Shown: piece by piece, positions 1 to 9,104 of the stretch
How the letters are laid out: each line of letters opens with the position of its first letter
Numbering within the stretch: position 1 is the first letter of the stretch
DNA from: Dehalococcoidia bacterium
GTDB lineage: Bacteria; Chloroflexota; Dehalococcoidia; SM23-28-2; RBG-16-64-32
Direction of reading: 5' to 3'
DNA: 64,000 bases
Assembly: GCA_963665775.2 (NCBI GenBank)
Contig: CAXXTF010000001.1
Span: 608,001-672,000 of the forward strand
Position numbers and translations under genes: made by a program
The notes under the pieces: model-generated
The model's database searches: none
Told to the model about the DNA's origin: nothing
What the model saw: only the letters and a program-made list of their open reading frames with translations

Positions 1-966
1 TGACTTCGGATCGGCCAGGAGGCCCAGGTGTATGGGCCAGTTCTTGCCCAGCTCCCAGGGATCCAGGTCGATGTGCGCTATGGTCGCCTCCTCCGGAAAG
101 GGAGATTCGTCTATGGGGAAGAGCAGCGGCAGGACGGACGTGCCGACGGCCAGGATGAGATCGGCGGAGGAGAGCTGGCCCCTGAGGCCGGGGCCGGAGA
201 TGGCGTTCAGGAGCCCCCCGTAGAGGGGATGGTCAGAGGGGAAGGGGAGTTCGGCGGAGAAGGAGGCGTGGACACGGGCGCCGATGCTCTCGGCGAGCTG
301 GACGAGCTCCGGCTGGGCGCCTGAGACGGCGACGCCATCACCGCAGATGATGAGGGGCGATTTGGCCTGCGCGATAAGCTCGGAGAGGCGCTCGACAGCT
401 TCTGGGTCGGGCCGCGGCAGGGCGCTGGCGTAGGCGGCGGGAACGATCTCCACGTCGGCCTCTTCGTCCATCAGGTTCGTGGGGACGGAGAGGAAGACTG
501 GGCCACGGGGAGGGTCCATGGCTACTTTGAACGCTCGTCGCAGGAGGAGGGGGATCTCGGCTGGGTCTTGCGCTTCGACTGCCCACTTGGTGACGGGCTG
601 AGCCAGCCGAACGAGGTCGCCGGCCAGGATCGGCTCCTGGGAGGCGCCGCGCTGGGGGTGCTGGCCGGCGTACAGTACCAGGGGTGTGTGGGTGCGGAAG
701 GAGTTGTAGAGCATGCCCATGGCGTTGCCCAGGCCGGGCATGATGTGGAGTTGGACGAAGGCGGGGCGGCCGCTGGCCCGAGCGTAACCGTCGGCGATGC
801 CCAGGGCGACCCCCTCGTGCAGGGCGAGGATGTAACGCAGCTGCGGGTAGTCCTGAAGGGCGTCCATAAACGCCTGTTCCGTGCTGCCGGGGTTTCCGAA
901 GACGTGCGTGACGCCCTCGGCGGTTAGCTGCTCGATCAGGGCCTGACGTCCGCTCAGCCTGGGCAT
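1..966 (-). CDS. Thiamine pyrophosphate-binding enzyme (benzoylformate decarboxylase/acetolactate synthase-like), runs off the window edge
   Basis: Manual translation from ATG at 966: MPRLSGRQALIEQLTAEGVTHVFGNPGSTEQAF...LHEGVALGIADGYARASGRPAFVQLHIMPGLGNA...GPVFLSVP. AAGGAG RBS upstream. Not in the ORF track because there is no stop in the window. Confidence 0.9.
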   Translation of the reverse strand, partial: MPRLSGRQALIEQLTAEGVTHVFGNPGSTEQAFMDALQDYPQLRYILALHEGVALGIADGYARASGRPAFVQLHIMPGLGNAMGMLYNSFRTHTPLVLYAGQHPQRGASQEPILAGDLVRLAQPVTKWAVEAQDPAEIPLLLRRAFKVAMDPPRGPVFLSVPTNLMDEEADVEIVPAAYASALPRPDPEAVERLSELIAQAKSPLIICGDGVAVSGAQPELVQLAESIGARVHASFSAELPFPSDHPLYGGLLNAISGPGLRGQLSSADLILAVGTSVLPLLFPIDESPFPEEATIAHIDLDPWELGKNWPIHLGLLADPKS

Positions 967-1054
967 GGCAGGGGCTCCTTTCAGGTGAAGAGTATCACAG
1001 GGTGGGCGGTCCAGAGGCCGCGTTTTCGTCGTCTCGATGGCGGACACGGCAACC

Positions 1055-1080
1055 GGTCGAAGGTTGCGCACCCCTCGACC
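1055..1080 (-). terminator. Hairpin just outside the att repeat, possibly the original terminator of the tRNA-Gln/Glu operon
   Basis: GGTCGAAGG-TTGCGCAC-CCCTCGACC near-perfect stem, lying directly downstream of the tRNA 3' end in the pre-integration state. No clear U-tract. Confidence 0.35.
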
Positions 1081-1093
1081 CTTCTGTTCGCTA

Positions 1094-1107
1094 TGGTGGT
1101 GCATACG
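1094..1107. repeat. att core repeat (copy of tRNA-Glu 3' end)
   Basis: 13/14 identity to 9105-9118. Confidence 0.85.
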
Positions 1108-1160
1108 TCCGCCGTATTGCGTCCTATTTCATAGCTAAATCACGGGATATTCTTCCTGTC

Positions 1161-1182
1161 ATATAACAATTCATACACCATT
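1161..1182. promoter_or_regulatory. Putative integrase arm-type binding sites, left end
   Basis: ATATAACAATTCATACACCATT matches ATATGCCAATTCATATGCCATT (8960-8981) at 18/22; both lie just inside the att cores. Confidence 0.6.
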
Positions 1183-1419
1183 ACGAGTTGGTATTCTCTA
1201 GAACGCTAGGGGCCAAATTGGACGTTACTGGATTGTAGAGTGTCCGATAGATTCTCTCCTACGACGAGACAGGGATCGGAAGAGCTGGTCTCTAAGTTGG
1301 AGACCCTGAAACTGGCCATGGTGCTGCTGGAGGCTTCGGGTTGACCTTGCCCCCGAAAACAAGTCCAGGCCCAATGTTAGTAATCAGGGGTTCTGGACCA
1401 GAGAAAGGGGGCAGAAGGA

Positions 1420-1698
1420 TTGGGCAGGCAGCATCACACGGCAGAGGAGATCATCAACAAGTTGAGGGAGGCGGAGGTCGGGCTGGCTAAGGGCCTGGCT
1501 GTGCCCGAGGTCTGCAGGAAGCTGGGCGTGGCAGAGCAGACCTACTACCGCTGGCGGAAGGAGTAGGGCGGCCTGAGGAGGGAGCAGGCCAAGCGGCTGC
1601 GGGAGCTGGAGCAGGAGAACCTGCGGCTGAAGAAGCTGGTAGTCGATCTCTCCCTGGACAACGCCATCCTGAAGGAGGCGGCGCAGGGAAACTTCTGA
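1420..1698 (+). pseudogene. IS3 OrfA (HTH + leucine zipper) with in-frame TAG at 1564-1566
   Basis: LGRQHHTAEEIINKLREAEV...TYYRWRKE*GGLRREQAKRLRELEQENLRLKKLV; the stop replaces the conserved Tyr of RWRKEYGG. Confidence 0.88.
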
Positions 1699-2584
1699 GC
1701 CCGGCCAAGAGACGACAGGCGGTGGCCTGGGTGCGGAATGCGTTGGGCCACGCGGTCATCTCGGAGCGCCGGGCCTGCCAGGCCCTGGGGCAGGAGCGAT
1801 CGACGCAGCGGCGGTGGGGTTCTCCTCCCGACGATGAAGGGAGGCTGCTGAGGCGGATGGTGGAGCTAGCGACCGAGTACGGGCGCTACGGTTACCGACG
1901 GGTAACCGCCCTGCTGCGAGAGGAGGGTTTTCGGGTGAATCACAAGCGGGTAGAGCGGCTCTGGCGGCGGGAAGGGCTGAAGGTGCGGGCGAAGCAGCCG
2001 AAGCGGAGGCGGCTATGGTTGACAGACGGCTCCTGCGTTAGGCTCAGGCCGACTGAGCCCAACCACGTCTGGAGCTACGACTTCGTGTTTACCCGCACCA
2101 GCGACGGCCGTCCCCTGCGGCTCTTGACGGTGCTGGACGAGTTCACAAGGGAGTGCCTGGCTATCCAGGTGGCGAGGCAGATCACCAGTGATGACGTGCT
2201 GGCACGCCTGGCCCAGCTCTTCGTCGAGCGCGGGACGCCTCGCTACCTGCGCTCGGACAACGGGCCAGAGTTCACGGCACGGGCGCTCCGGACCTGGCTA
2301 GAGCGGGTAGGCGTGCAGACTCTGTATATCGAGCCCGGGAGCCCCTGGGAGAACGGCTACATCGAGTCGTTCAATGGGAAGCTACGTGATGAACTATTGA
2401 ATGGGGAGGTGTTCGACACGGTGCTGGAAGCACAGGTCCTCTGCGAGCGGTGGCGACGGAACTAAACGAGGTGCGCCCGCATAGCGCTCTCGGCTACCGG
2501 CCGCCAGCACCGCAAGCGATCGTGCCATGGCCGGGCTCCACCGCGCCATCCCTGGAGACTACGGCGATGGCCACACTAACATAG
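1695..2584 (+). pseudogene. IS3 OrfB DDE transposase, frameshifted near the C-terminus
   Basis: WSYDF, LRSDNGPEF and PGSPWENGYIESFNGKLRDE motifs. A 1-bp loss near 2463 separates the NEVRPHSALGYRPP tail. Confidence 0.88.
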
Positions 2585-2660
2585 CCTGTGGTAGCGTTTA
2601 GGGGGGCAGGTCACTCACCAGAGTTGCCTTGCCTTTGTGTCCGCTACTTTCTGTTGAGGA

Positions 2661-3722
2661 TCAACCCTTGCAATTGGGCGCTCCGTCCATGGTCACGGTC
2701 GGCAGGATTTCGTGGACGCGCCTCTGGGCATCATGCTCTAGGTGCCTAGCCAGTAGACGGTCAACGGTCCGCACCTTCCTCACACCAAGCACCGACGCTA
2801 CTTCATGGTCGGAAAGGCCGCTGGCCCTTAAGTAATAGGCGAAAGCCGACCTGAGTTCAGCTGCTGTCATTGCCGGCACACCTACACGAGAGCAGGCTTC
2901 CCGGACGGTATCTCGGACGGCTCGCGAAGTCAGCGGTTTGGGGTCGCACCTACCCCGTGGGAAAACGTAGCCTTCCGGTCCCACTGGCGGCTGATTGGCC
3001 AGGTGGGTTTTAAGGTGGAACATGGCGTCATTAATGATCCGTAGCCTCAACGGCCTGCCGCTTCGCCATACCTCCACCAACATTGGAGTTGGCTCATGAT
3101 CTCGGAAGAGTTGGCGGGTCTTAAGCGTCACTATTTCTCTAGGATGCAGTCCGGTGAAGCAGTGCAGGGCTAGGAGAGAGCGATTTCGGATGTCCCTGTA
3201 GTTGCTTCCGGGAAAGGCCTTCTCGACCAGTAGTTTGAGCTCTGCAGGCGATAGAGTGGGATTTCGTGGGCGTCTCCTACTCTTGGCTCCAGCGACGATC
3301 GTGCCCGCGTCATGCCACGAGCCGTTCCCCTTGGACGGCAGGAGGGCGTCAAGGGAGCTCATGAAGGCGTGGGCGTCCGGCACTTCCACGTCCGCACCGC
3401 AGAGCGCTACGAACCTGTGGGCGGCGATGAGTCTCGTGCGTCCCGCGGACGCCGATATCCAGGTTGACGGGTGGAGCAGGATGTCGCTCAGGATGCCTGG
3501 ATTCCGGAAGATTGTGGAAGGTGTAAAGTTCCTTCTCTGGGCCTCTCGGAAGAGACTTTTAAGCTGCGAGACCTCCTTCTCAACCGTTGCCCCGCTGCAG
3601 CCCTCGCTGGGTCTGCGTCTGCGGTACAGTCGAAGGAGATCCTCCGACTGGGCATCGACCGGGCTCTTGGTGTTTACAGAGCGCCGGTCTAGGGCCGCCA
3701 ACTGAAAGAGAGGCTTCTGCAT
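2661..3722 (-). CDS. Tyrosine recombinase-fold protein with degenerate active site
   Basis: Box I RNRSLLALHCFTGLHPRE (R>H). Box II TAAELRSAFA (HxxR>AELR), LGV (H/W>V), TVDRLL (Tyr absent). ORF intact, 353 aa. Confidence 0.85.
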   Translation of the reverse strand: MQKPLFQLAALDRRSVNTKSPVDAQSEDLLRLYRRRRPSEGCSGATVEKEVSQLKSLFREAQRRNFTPSTIFRNPGILSDILLHPSTWISASAGRTRLIAAHRFVALCGADVEVPDAHAFMSSLDALLPSKGNGSWHDAGTIVAGAKSRRRPRNPTLSPAELKLLVEKAFPGSNYRDIRNRSLLALHCFTGLHPREIVTLKTRQLFRDHEPTPMLVEVWRSGRPLRLRIINDAMFHLKTHLANQPPVGPEGYVFPRGRCDPKPLTSRAVRDTVREACSRVGVPAMTAAELRSAFAYYLRASGLSDHEVASVLGVRKVRTVDRLLARHLEHDAQRRVHEILPTVTMDGAPNCKG

Positions 3723-4759
3723 TTATCCGGTGGTTCCCTGTTGGCTTGGCTGCTGGCCGCAGCCATCTTCTCGGCGATGCTACGCACCTGAGGTCTGATG
3801 TAGTGATCGTCCATCCGTTCCAGGCCCTGCCATCCTCCGGCCAAGGCCACTGTATATCGTGGAAGGATCGCTGCCGCCTCGCTGGCGAACGCACGCCGGA
3901 AGGCATGCAGGCGGTAGGCGCGGGTTCCGGCGGCGAGGCAGGCCTTCTGGAACGTTTGCCGAACGTTGGGGTAGGACCATTGTGCGATCCAAGTGCTTCG
4001 CCAGAGGGTGGTACTTTCGCCTCCGATGAGCTGCTCTAGCGTGCCATGGAGCCATGCCCGCTCATTGAATTCATCGATGTAGGCGAACAGAAGCCTGCGT
4101 GCGTGGGGAGTAAGTTCGATCTCGCGAGGCTGGCAACGTCCCTTGGCGTGGAGCATCAGCCGGGCAGTACCCATCGGAAGCACAACCAGATCGGCGCAGC
4201 TGGCTTCGCGGAGGGCGTTGACCCTGCTGCCACTCTCGTAGAGTATGGTGAAGAACGCCTCGTTGCGGCGTCCCTTGAAGGTCAGTGCTCGGGCGGCCTC
4301 CCGGATGATGGCGGCGACGTCATCGGGGCTCGGTGCCGGGCCGCCTCGGCGGCGCGGCGCCCCGCCGGTCAGGATGAATCGCCCACCAACGCGCAGGGCC
4401 GACCGGCGCAGTGCTACAGTGACGATCCCCAGGGGCTCTCGGCCAGTCAGTCGCCTTAGTTCCGGGCTCATGAGCCTTGCGAAGGATTGGACTGCCGAGC
4501 GGCGTTGGTCCAGCGTCCACTTCGACAGTTGACGTCCCTCACTTGATCTATCGTCTACCAACGCCTGCCCTAAAGCCTCGGGATGAAGGAACAGCGCCAT
4601 GAACCCTTCGGGGCTTGCCGCCGTCTCGGCAAGGGAATGCAGCTGGTAGACGTATGCCTGGACGGTCTTCTTGGCTGCGCCCGTCGCAACCAGCCTGCGG
4701 CGGTAATTCTCCAATTCAGCGCTGGGACGCCGGTTGGCAGTTGCTTGACGCCTCGCCAT
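3689..4759 (-). CDS. Tyrosine recombinase with complete catalytic set
   Basis: RNEAFFTILYESGSRVNAL (R), HAKGR (K), LHAFRRAFAS (HxxR), AGGW (W), DDHY (Y). Start taken as ATG 4759 (MARRQ); the ORF track extends upstream. Confidence 0.88.
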   Translation of the reverse strand: MARRQATANRRPSAELENYRRRLVATGAAKKTVQAYVYQLHSLAETAASPEGFMALFLHPEALGQALVDDRSSEGRQLSKWTLDQRRSAVQSFARLMSPELRRLTGREPLGIVTVALRRSALRVGGRFILTGGAPRRRGGPAPSPDDVAAIIREAARALTFKGRRNEAFFTILYESGSRVNALREASCADLVVLPMGTARLMLHAKGRCQPREIELTPHARRLLFAYIDEFNERAWLHGTLEQLIGGESTTLWRSTWIAQWSYPNVRQTFQKACLAAGTRAYRLHAFRRAFASEAAAILPRYTVALAGGWQGLERMDDHYIRPQVRSIAEKMAAASSQANREPPDKCRSLSFSWRP

Positions 4760-4815
4760 CGAACGGATTTCCACCGGCGATACGCCGGTTCCGGCAAGAG
4801 ATGGCTGAAGGGCTA

Positions 4816-5729
4816 TCAGCACCGATCCCTCCCATCCGAAACTCGCGAGCTCGGCAAGGCGCCTCCGTCCTTGAGTTGGGCCTCCAGCTCCCTGATCTGC
4901 CGGATGGCCCCTCTGTGCCTGGCCTCGAGGTCGCTGTACTTTCCCTGCCACTGGTTGATGCTGGATTGTAGACCTCGGTTGGTCTCACGCTGCCTGGTGA
5001 ACTCCTCCTCTCGCTCCAGCGTACTCCCGGTCTGGGAACGGATGAACCGCACCCGGGCCTGCAAGTCCTCGTTCCGCTCCTTTGCCAACCGAAGCTCAAA
5101 CTCAAGAGAATCCACATGGGCCGCCAATCGCTGCATCCTCGTGGGGGACTTGAGCTCGTCGCCCCGTCTCGCCTGCGTGGCGGCGGCCTTCGCGGACATC
5201 TCCACACTGGCCACCCTGTCTCCCAATCCCGCCTCCTCGGCGGCCAATTCAGCGTTGGATTTGGCCGTCCCCGAAAAGTGGCACTCGGTCCCACATTAGG
5301 TGTTTTCGCGAGGTCATCTGAGCTTTCGGAGGCATTTGGCAGACTCTTGGCTTTGGGCATCCCGGCTTTATACGAGTCCCGGCAGCGCACCACGCAGGCG
5401 GCCTTCTGGCTCGCCGTGAGATGGCGCCGCTCCGCATTGCGGGACACCACGAAGGAGATGGGAGACTCACCGCTGTACGGCTTGAAGATCAATTGGCTGG
5501 CAATGCCCAGGTCGGTTGCGGCGCGATAGCGGTGCCAGCCGTCCAGCACCATGCCGTCCAGGGTCCATATGACCGGCTCGAGCACGCCGTTCGCCTCCAT
5601 GTCGGCAACGAAACTGGAATAGTCGTCCTCGGATCTGTCGCCCCAGATGGATGACAGGTCATGCCGCTTGTCCGGCATCGCCATGTCCTCGGTAAGAAGG
5701 TCTTCATAGTCCAGGTCGAATAGAGTCAT
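4816..5729 (-). pseudogene. ParB/Srx N-terminal domain protein with coiled-coil C-terminus, frameshifted near 5290
   Basis: SFVADMEANGVLEPVIWTLDGMVLDGWHRYRAA...FVVSRNAERRHLTASQKAA. Continues in another frame as AKSNAELAAEEAGLGDRV...LEFELRLAKERNEDLQAR. Confidence 0.75.
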
Positions 5730-5749
5730 CGAAGCCCCCTGCGGCATTG

Positions 5750-5781
5750 GAAACTTCCGTTTATGACGCGAAACTTCCGTT
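5750..5781. repeat. 12-bp direct repeat GAAACTTCCGTT x2 (20-bp period) upstream of the ParB-like gene
   Basis: Exact copies at 5750-5761 and 5770-5781, followed by (TAG)4 at 5789-5800. Confidence 0.7.
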
Positions 5782-5946
5782 CTTGGCTTAGTAGTAGTAG
5801 GCGCAATCACTAGGAAGCACTTGGCAGGGAGCAATCCGTGGTCGTGCCAGATAACGCAGCTCGATTCGCTCTGACGCCTAGGTGGTTGGGTGGAGGGCGT
5901 GGCATGCGTGATGATCATTCCAGGCTCTCTGTTGTTCATTGGCGGA

Positions 5947-6162
5947 CTACTCAACCGCTGCGGGGTCGTAGGCACGTTCCGGCGCCGCCAGCCAGCCGTC
6001 GATGTCCGCCAGCCTCCAGCCGACTGACCGGCGGCCCAGGCGCAGCGGCTTCGGGAACCGGCCCTCTGTCATCAAGGGGTAGATGGTGGCCCGGGAAAGG
6101 CCGGTAAGAGCTTCGACTTCTTGACGCCGCAAGATCCGCCGGGCCTCAATCTCTGACTTCAT
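5947..6162 (-). CDS. alpA: AlpA-family excisionase/transcriptional regulator
   Basis: RILRRQEVEALTGLSRATIYPLMTEGRFPKPLRLGRRSVGW; GGAGG RBS. Confidence 0.92.
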   Translation of the reverse strand: MKSEIEARRILRRQEVEALTGLSRATIYPLMTEGRFPKPLRLGRRSVGWRLADIDGWLAAPERAYDPAAVE

Positions 6163-6257
6163 GAGCACCTCCAAGTTCCTGATCGCCTCTTCTGCCTATG
6201 ATCAGAAACCCGGTGGGTACTTGTCATGGATTGGAAAATGGCCGATTTTCTGAGCCT

Positions 6258-6334
6258 TTTTTGCCCCACGGGTGCGAATATCGAAGTTTATGGGGCAAAA
6301 ATGCGGCTGTCCCGAAGAGAATTAATGCCCCACG
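6258..6334. promoter_or_regulatory. Operator-like repeats upstream of alpA
   Basis: TTTTTGCCCCA (6258-6268) and TGGGGCAAAAA (6291-6301) form an inverted pair; TGCCCCACG is repeated at 6262 and 6326. Confidence 0.5.
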
Positions 6335-6427
6335 TCCTAGTCGCCAAGGATCGGGGGCGACGGTAAAGGGACGGCGAGGCCCGGTGCGGGACCCTGCGAG
6401 CTATAGGGACATGCTGTGGGGGAAGCT

Positions 6428-7717
6428 CTAGCCCAAGTAGGAATACGGGCGACGACCGCCCCGAAAATGTCGTCCTACAAGAAAGAAGGTTGGAGTGTCC
6501 GGCACACTACCATCGAATTCTTCCAAGAGGTAGTCCTCGGCCTCATCAACGTCGATGTGCTCAAGCCCACTTATGCCTCCTTGCCCCCGGAATTTGAACC
6601 ATATCCGCTTCACGGTGTAGAACGAGAGGCCCGTGGCCCGTGCAACCGCGTCGCAGGCGCTCGCCGATTGGGACGGCTCGTCATTGCGTGTTGGCTTCAT
6701 GCCTAGAGCCATGAGCTCCCGTATTGCCTTCTGGATCGTGAAGGAGCGGAAGGGGACCGTAGGTCGGCCCCTCTTCGACAATGGGCGGCTTATCCTTCGT
6801 TCCAAGGCGTCGTTTCGCCACTTCATCAGATTTGCAGGGATCTCATCGCCTTGATGCTCGACACCATAGCTTAGTCGTTCGTAGATGAGCTGAAGCGCGT
6901 CCCACCTCACTGCGTTGTTTCGTGACTCGGCAATGAGCATGCCGGGCTCTTCTAGCTTGCTTCCCCTGAAGAGCCAACCCTTTGCGAGTGCGCGCGCCGC
7001 GTCCTTCGCTGTCCGGCGAATTGACGATGCAACTTCCAGCAACGGCTTGATGATAACGACGGCTTCATCGACTGTCGGCGGCGTCTTGCTATTCTTCCAC
7101 CGGTCCCTGCATTGCGCGTATGTCCAACCTGCTTCGGACGCCTCCCACGATTCCCGCGTTGCCTCCTTGAACTCTAGCAAAGCCTGACGCCCTGCGGCGA
7201 AGTCTCCGGCCATGATTGCTTGCTCCATCCTCTCCTCGAGCTCAGGGGCTCTATACACGCAATAGATGATCAACAGGTCAAGATACGAAAGGCCGAAGAG
7301 AGAATCAGGAAAGGACGCCTGCGAAGAACGTTGGATAGAGATGGGTTCAGCGACTGTCGGCGCGATCTGATAGGTTAACCGTTGTGCTAATATTGCGGAT
7401 TCCAGCGCTCCCATAGTCGCTGCGAAGCCTGTGAAGCCTCGAATGACCGGCGCGCATTGTACTGTCAGCGCTCTTTGGGTTGTTGCAATGTGCCTAACGA
7501 GCGGGTCGAGGGTTGCATTCAGCGCTTCCATAGTCGCTGCGAAGTCTCTAAGGAATGGGGCGAGTCGTTCTGTCAGTGGTCGTTGAGTTGCTGGACCATC
7601 CGGCACCGATAGCGGTATCAACGCCTCTGCCACCGTTTTCTTACGTCCCAGCATGGCCTTAGGGGACGGGGACGGCGACGTCCACGGGCTGATCGGCTGC
7701 GTCGTCCGCTCCTTCAT
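6428..7717 (-). CDS. Hypothetical protein with putative C-terminal HTH
   Basis: 429-aa ORF between integrase and alpA. C-terminal SACDAVARATGLSFYTVKRIW; internal FAATM(E/G)AL duplication. Confidence 0.6.
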   Translation of the reverse strand: MKERTTQPISPWTSPSPSPKAMLGRKKTVAEALIPLSVPDGPATQRPLTERLAPFLRDFAATMEALNATLDPLVRHIATTQRALTVQCAPVIRGFTGFAATMGALESAILAQRLTYQIAPTVAEPISIQRSSQASFPDSLFGLSYLDLLIIYCVYRAPELEERMEQAIMAGDFAAGRQALLEFKEATRESWEASEAGWTYAQCRDRWKNSKTPPTVDEAVVIIKPLLEVASSIRRTAKDAARALAKGWLFRGSKLEEPGMLIAESRNNAVRWDALQLIYERLSYGVEHQGDEIPANLMKWRNDALERRISRPLSKRGRPTVPFRSFTIQKAIRELMALGMKPTRNDEPSQSASACDAVARATGLSFYTVKRIWFKFRGQGGISGLEHIDVDEAEDYLLEEFDGSVPDTPTFFLVGRHFRGGRRPYSYLG

Positions 7718-7744
7718 GTCGTCGAACCGTCGGGCCTGCTCACA

Positions 7745-8980
7745 CTATAAGCCACGTCGCACCATCGGGACGGCTATTCCGGCCCTGTCACTCAGATACT
7801 CTGCCCACTGCGCCATGAGCCGCCGTCGCCGCTCGAACAGGTCAGACCTGGCGTAGGCAGCCTCCGTCGTGTTGGCAACCACGTGCGCAAGTGCCGCCTC
7901 CATCACCGCGTGCGGCGTGTCCGTACGCTCAGCCGCCCAATCCCGAAAGCTGGACCGAAAGCCATGGGGGACGGCATCGATGCCCAGCTTCCGCAGGAGG
8001 TTTCTGTGCGTCATGTCCGAAAGGGCCCCTCCGGATCGCGGTGCGGGGAATATCAGGATGCTCTTGCTGTCGAGACTCCTGGCCCCGTCCAGGACTTCGA
8101 GCGCCCGCCCTGACAGAGGGACGCGATGTTCGCGCCCGGCCTTCATCCGCTCAGCAGGCACGGTCCATGTCTCAGAGCCGGAGTCCACTTCCTCCCATCT
8201 TGCCTGACGCACTTCCCCGGAACGGGCAGCCGTCAGGACGAGAAACTCGAATGACAGCTTGGTGACTAGCGCAGCATACGACTCCCGGACAGATCGTAAC
8301 ACTTCTCCAACTTCTGAATATGGTACTGTCCGGTGGTGGGTGGCGATCCGGGGGCGCCGGGGCAACGCCTGGCTGATGGCCTTGCCAGCTGGGTTGTCGG
8401 TGCGGAACCCGTTTGCCACTGCCCAGTCCATGACTGCCGAGATACGCTGCTTTACTCGCCGGGCGGTCTCCGGCTTGGCTGTCCAAATCGGGGTCAACGC
8501 GGAGAGAACGTCCTGGCCGCTCACCTCATCAACAGGTAAAGCTCCAAGCCTAGGGAAAGCGTAGGCCGACAGCGTCATCTCCCATTGGTAGACGTGCTTC
8601 GCGTTGCTCCAGGTAGGACGGTGGAAGTCGATCACCTGCCTCGCCGCCTCGGCGAATGTGGGCACGGCCCGACGATGCTTCTCCGCGATCGGGTTGCCCC
8701 CCTCTCGGGCAAGCTTACGGTTCGCTATGGCCTTTTCTCTTGCCTCGTGGAGCGACACTGTGGCACAACCGCCGAGGCCCAAGTTGCGCCGCTTCCCACG
8801 TATGACGATACGCTGTACCCACCGCTTGGCTCCTGAGGGATCGACGAGGAGATAGAGTCCGTTTCCGTCAGCGTACATCCCCGGCCGCCTCTCGGTGCGC
8901 ACACGTGCTGCCGAAAGGGCATTGATCGGATGCTTGCCTTTGCTCTTAGCACCTTTAGTATATGCCAATTCATATGCCAT
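7745..8980 (-). CDS. intA: P4-like phage integrase (arm-binding domain + tyrosine recombinase)
   Basis: YADGNGLYLLV...KRWVQR, LTAARSGEVR, MKAGREHRVPL, PHGFRSSFRDW, LAH...AAYARSDLFERRRRLM. Adjacent to tRNA. Confidence 0.96.
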   Translation of the reverse strand: MAYELAYTKGAKSKGKHPINALSAARVRTERRPGMYADGNGLYLLVDPSGAKRWVQRIVIRGKRRNLGLGGCATVSLHEAREKAIANRKLAREGGNPIAEKHRRAVPTFAEAARQVIDFHRPTWSNAKHVYQWEMTLSAYAFPRLGALPVDEVSGQDVLSALTPIWTAKPETARRVKQRISAVMDWAVANGFRTDNPAGKAISQALPRRPRIATHHRTVPYSEVGEVLRSVRESYAALVTKLSFEFLVLTAARSGEVRQARWEEVDSGSETWTVPAERMKAGREHRVPLSGRALEVLDGARSLDSKSILIFPAPRSGGALSDMTHRNLLRKLGIDAVPHGFRSSFRDWAAERTDTPHAVMEAALAHVVANTTEAAYARSDLFERRRRLMAQWAEYLSDRAGIAVPMVRRGL

Positions 8981-8981
8981 T
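8960..8981. promoter_or_regulatory. Putative integrase arm-type binding sites, right end (ATATGCCA x2)
   Basis: Tandem 8-mers 12 bp apart overlapping the integrase start; similar to 1161-1182. Confidence 0.6.
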
Positions 8982-9104
8982 TCTTATGAGATTCTAGCAG
9001 AACGCATGAGCCAAGTCAAGCCTCTTAGGGCAGTGAATCAAGACTAATTCAGGTAGAGGATGGGTGATAAGAGGATGCTCTTCAAGGAAATCGGAAGGGG
9101 ATAG

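Larger units (their letters stand above)
1342..2613 (+). mobile_element. IS3-family insertion sequence (IS407-like), inactivated
   Basis: Terminal IRs TGACCTTGCCCCC.../...GGGGGGCAGGTCA (TG...CA), orfA/orfB layout, GGGAAAC slippery site near 1687-1693. No target duplication visible. Confidence 0.92.

Noticed and set aside
2614-4815. Canonical RIT element
   Set aside because: Only two recombinases, and no long terminal inverted repeats were found around them; loss through the IS cannot be excluded.
4716-5975. 419-aa ORF as a single real gene
   Set aside because: Only the ParB part (from 5729) looks coding. The N-terminal extension crosses the repeat region, and the C-terminus is out of frame with the coiled-coil segment.
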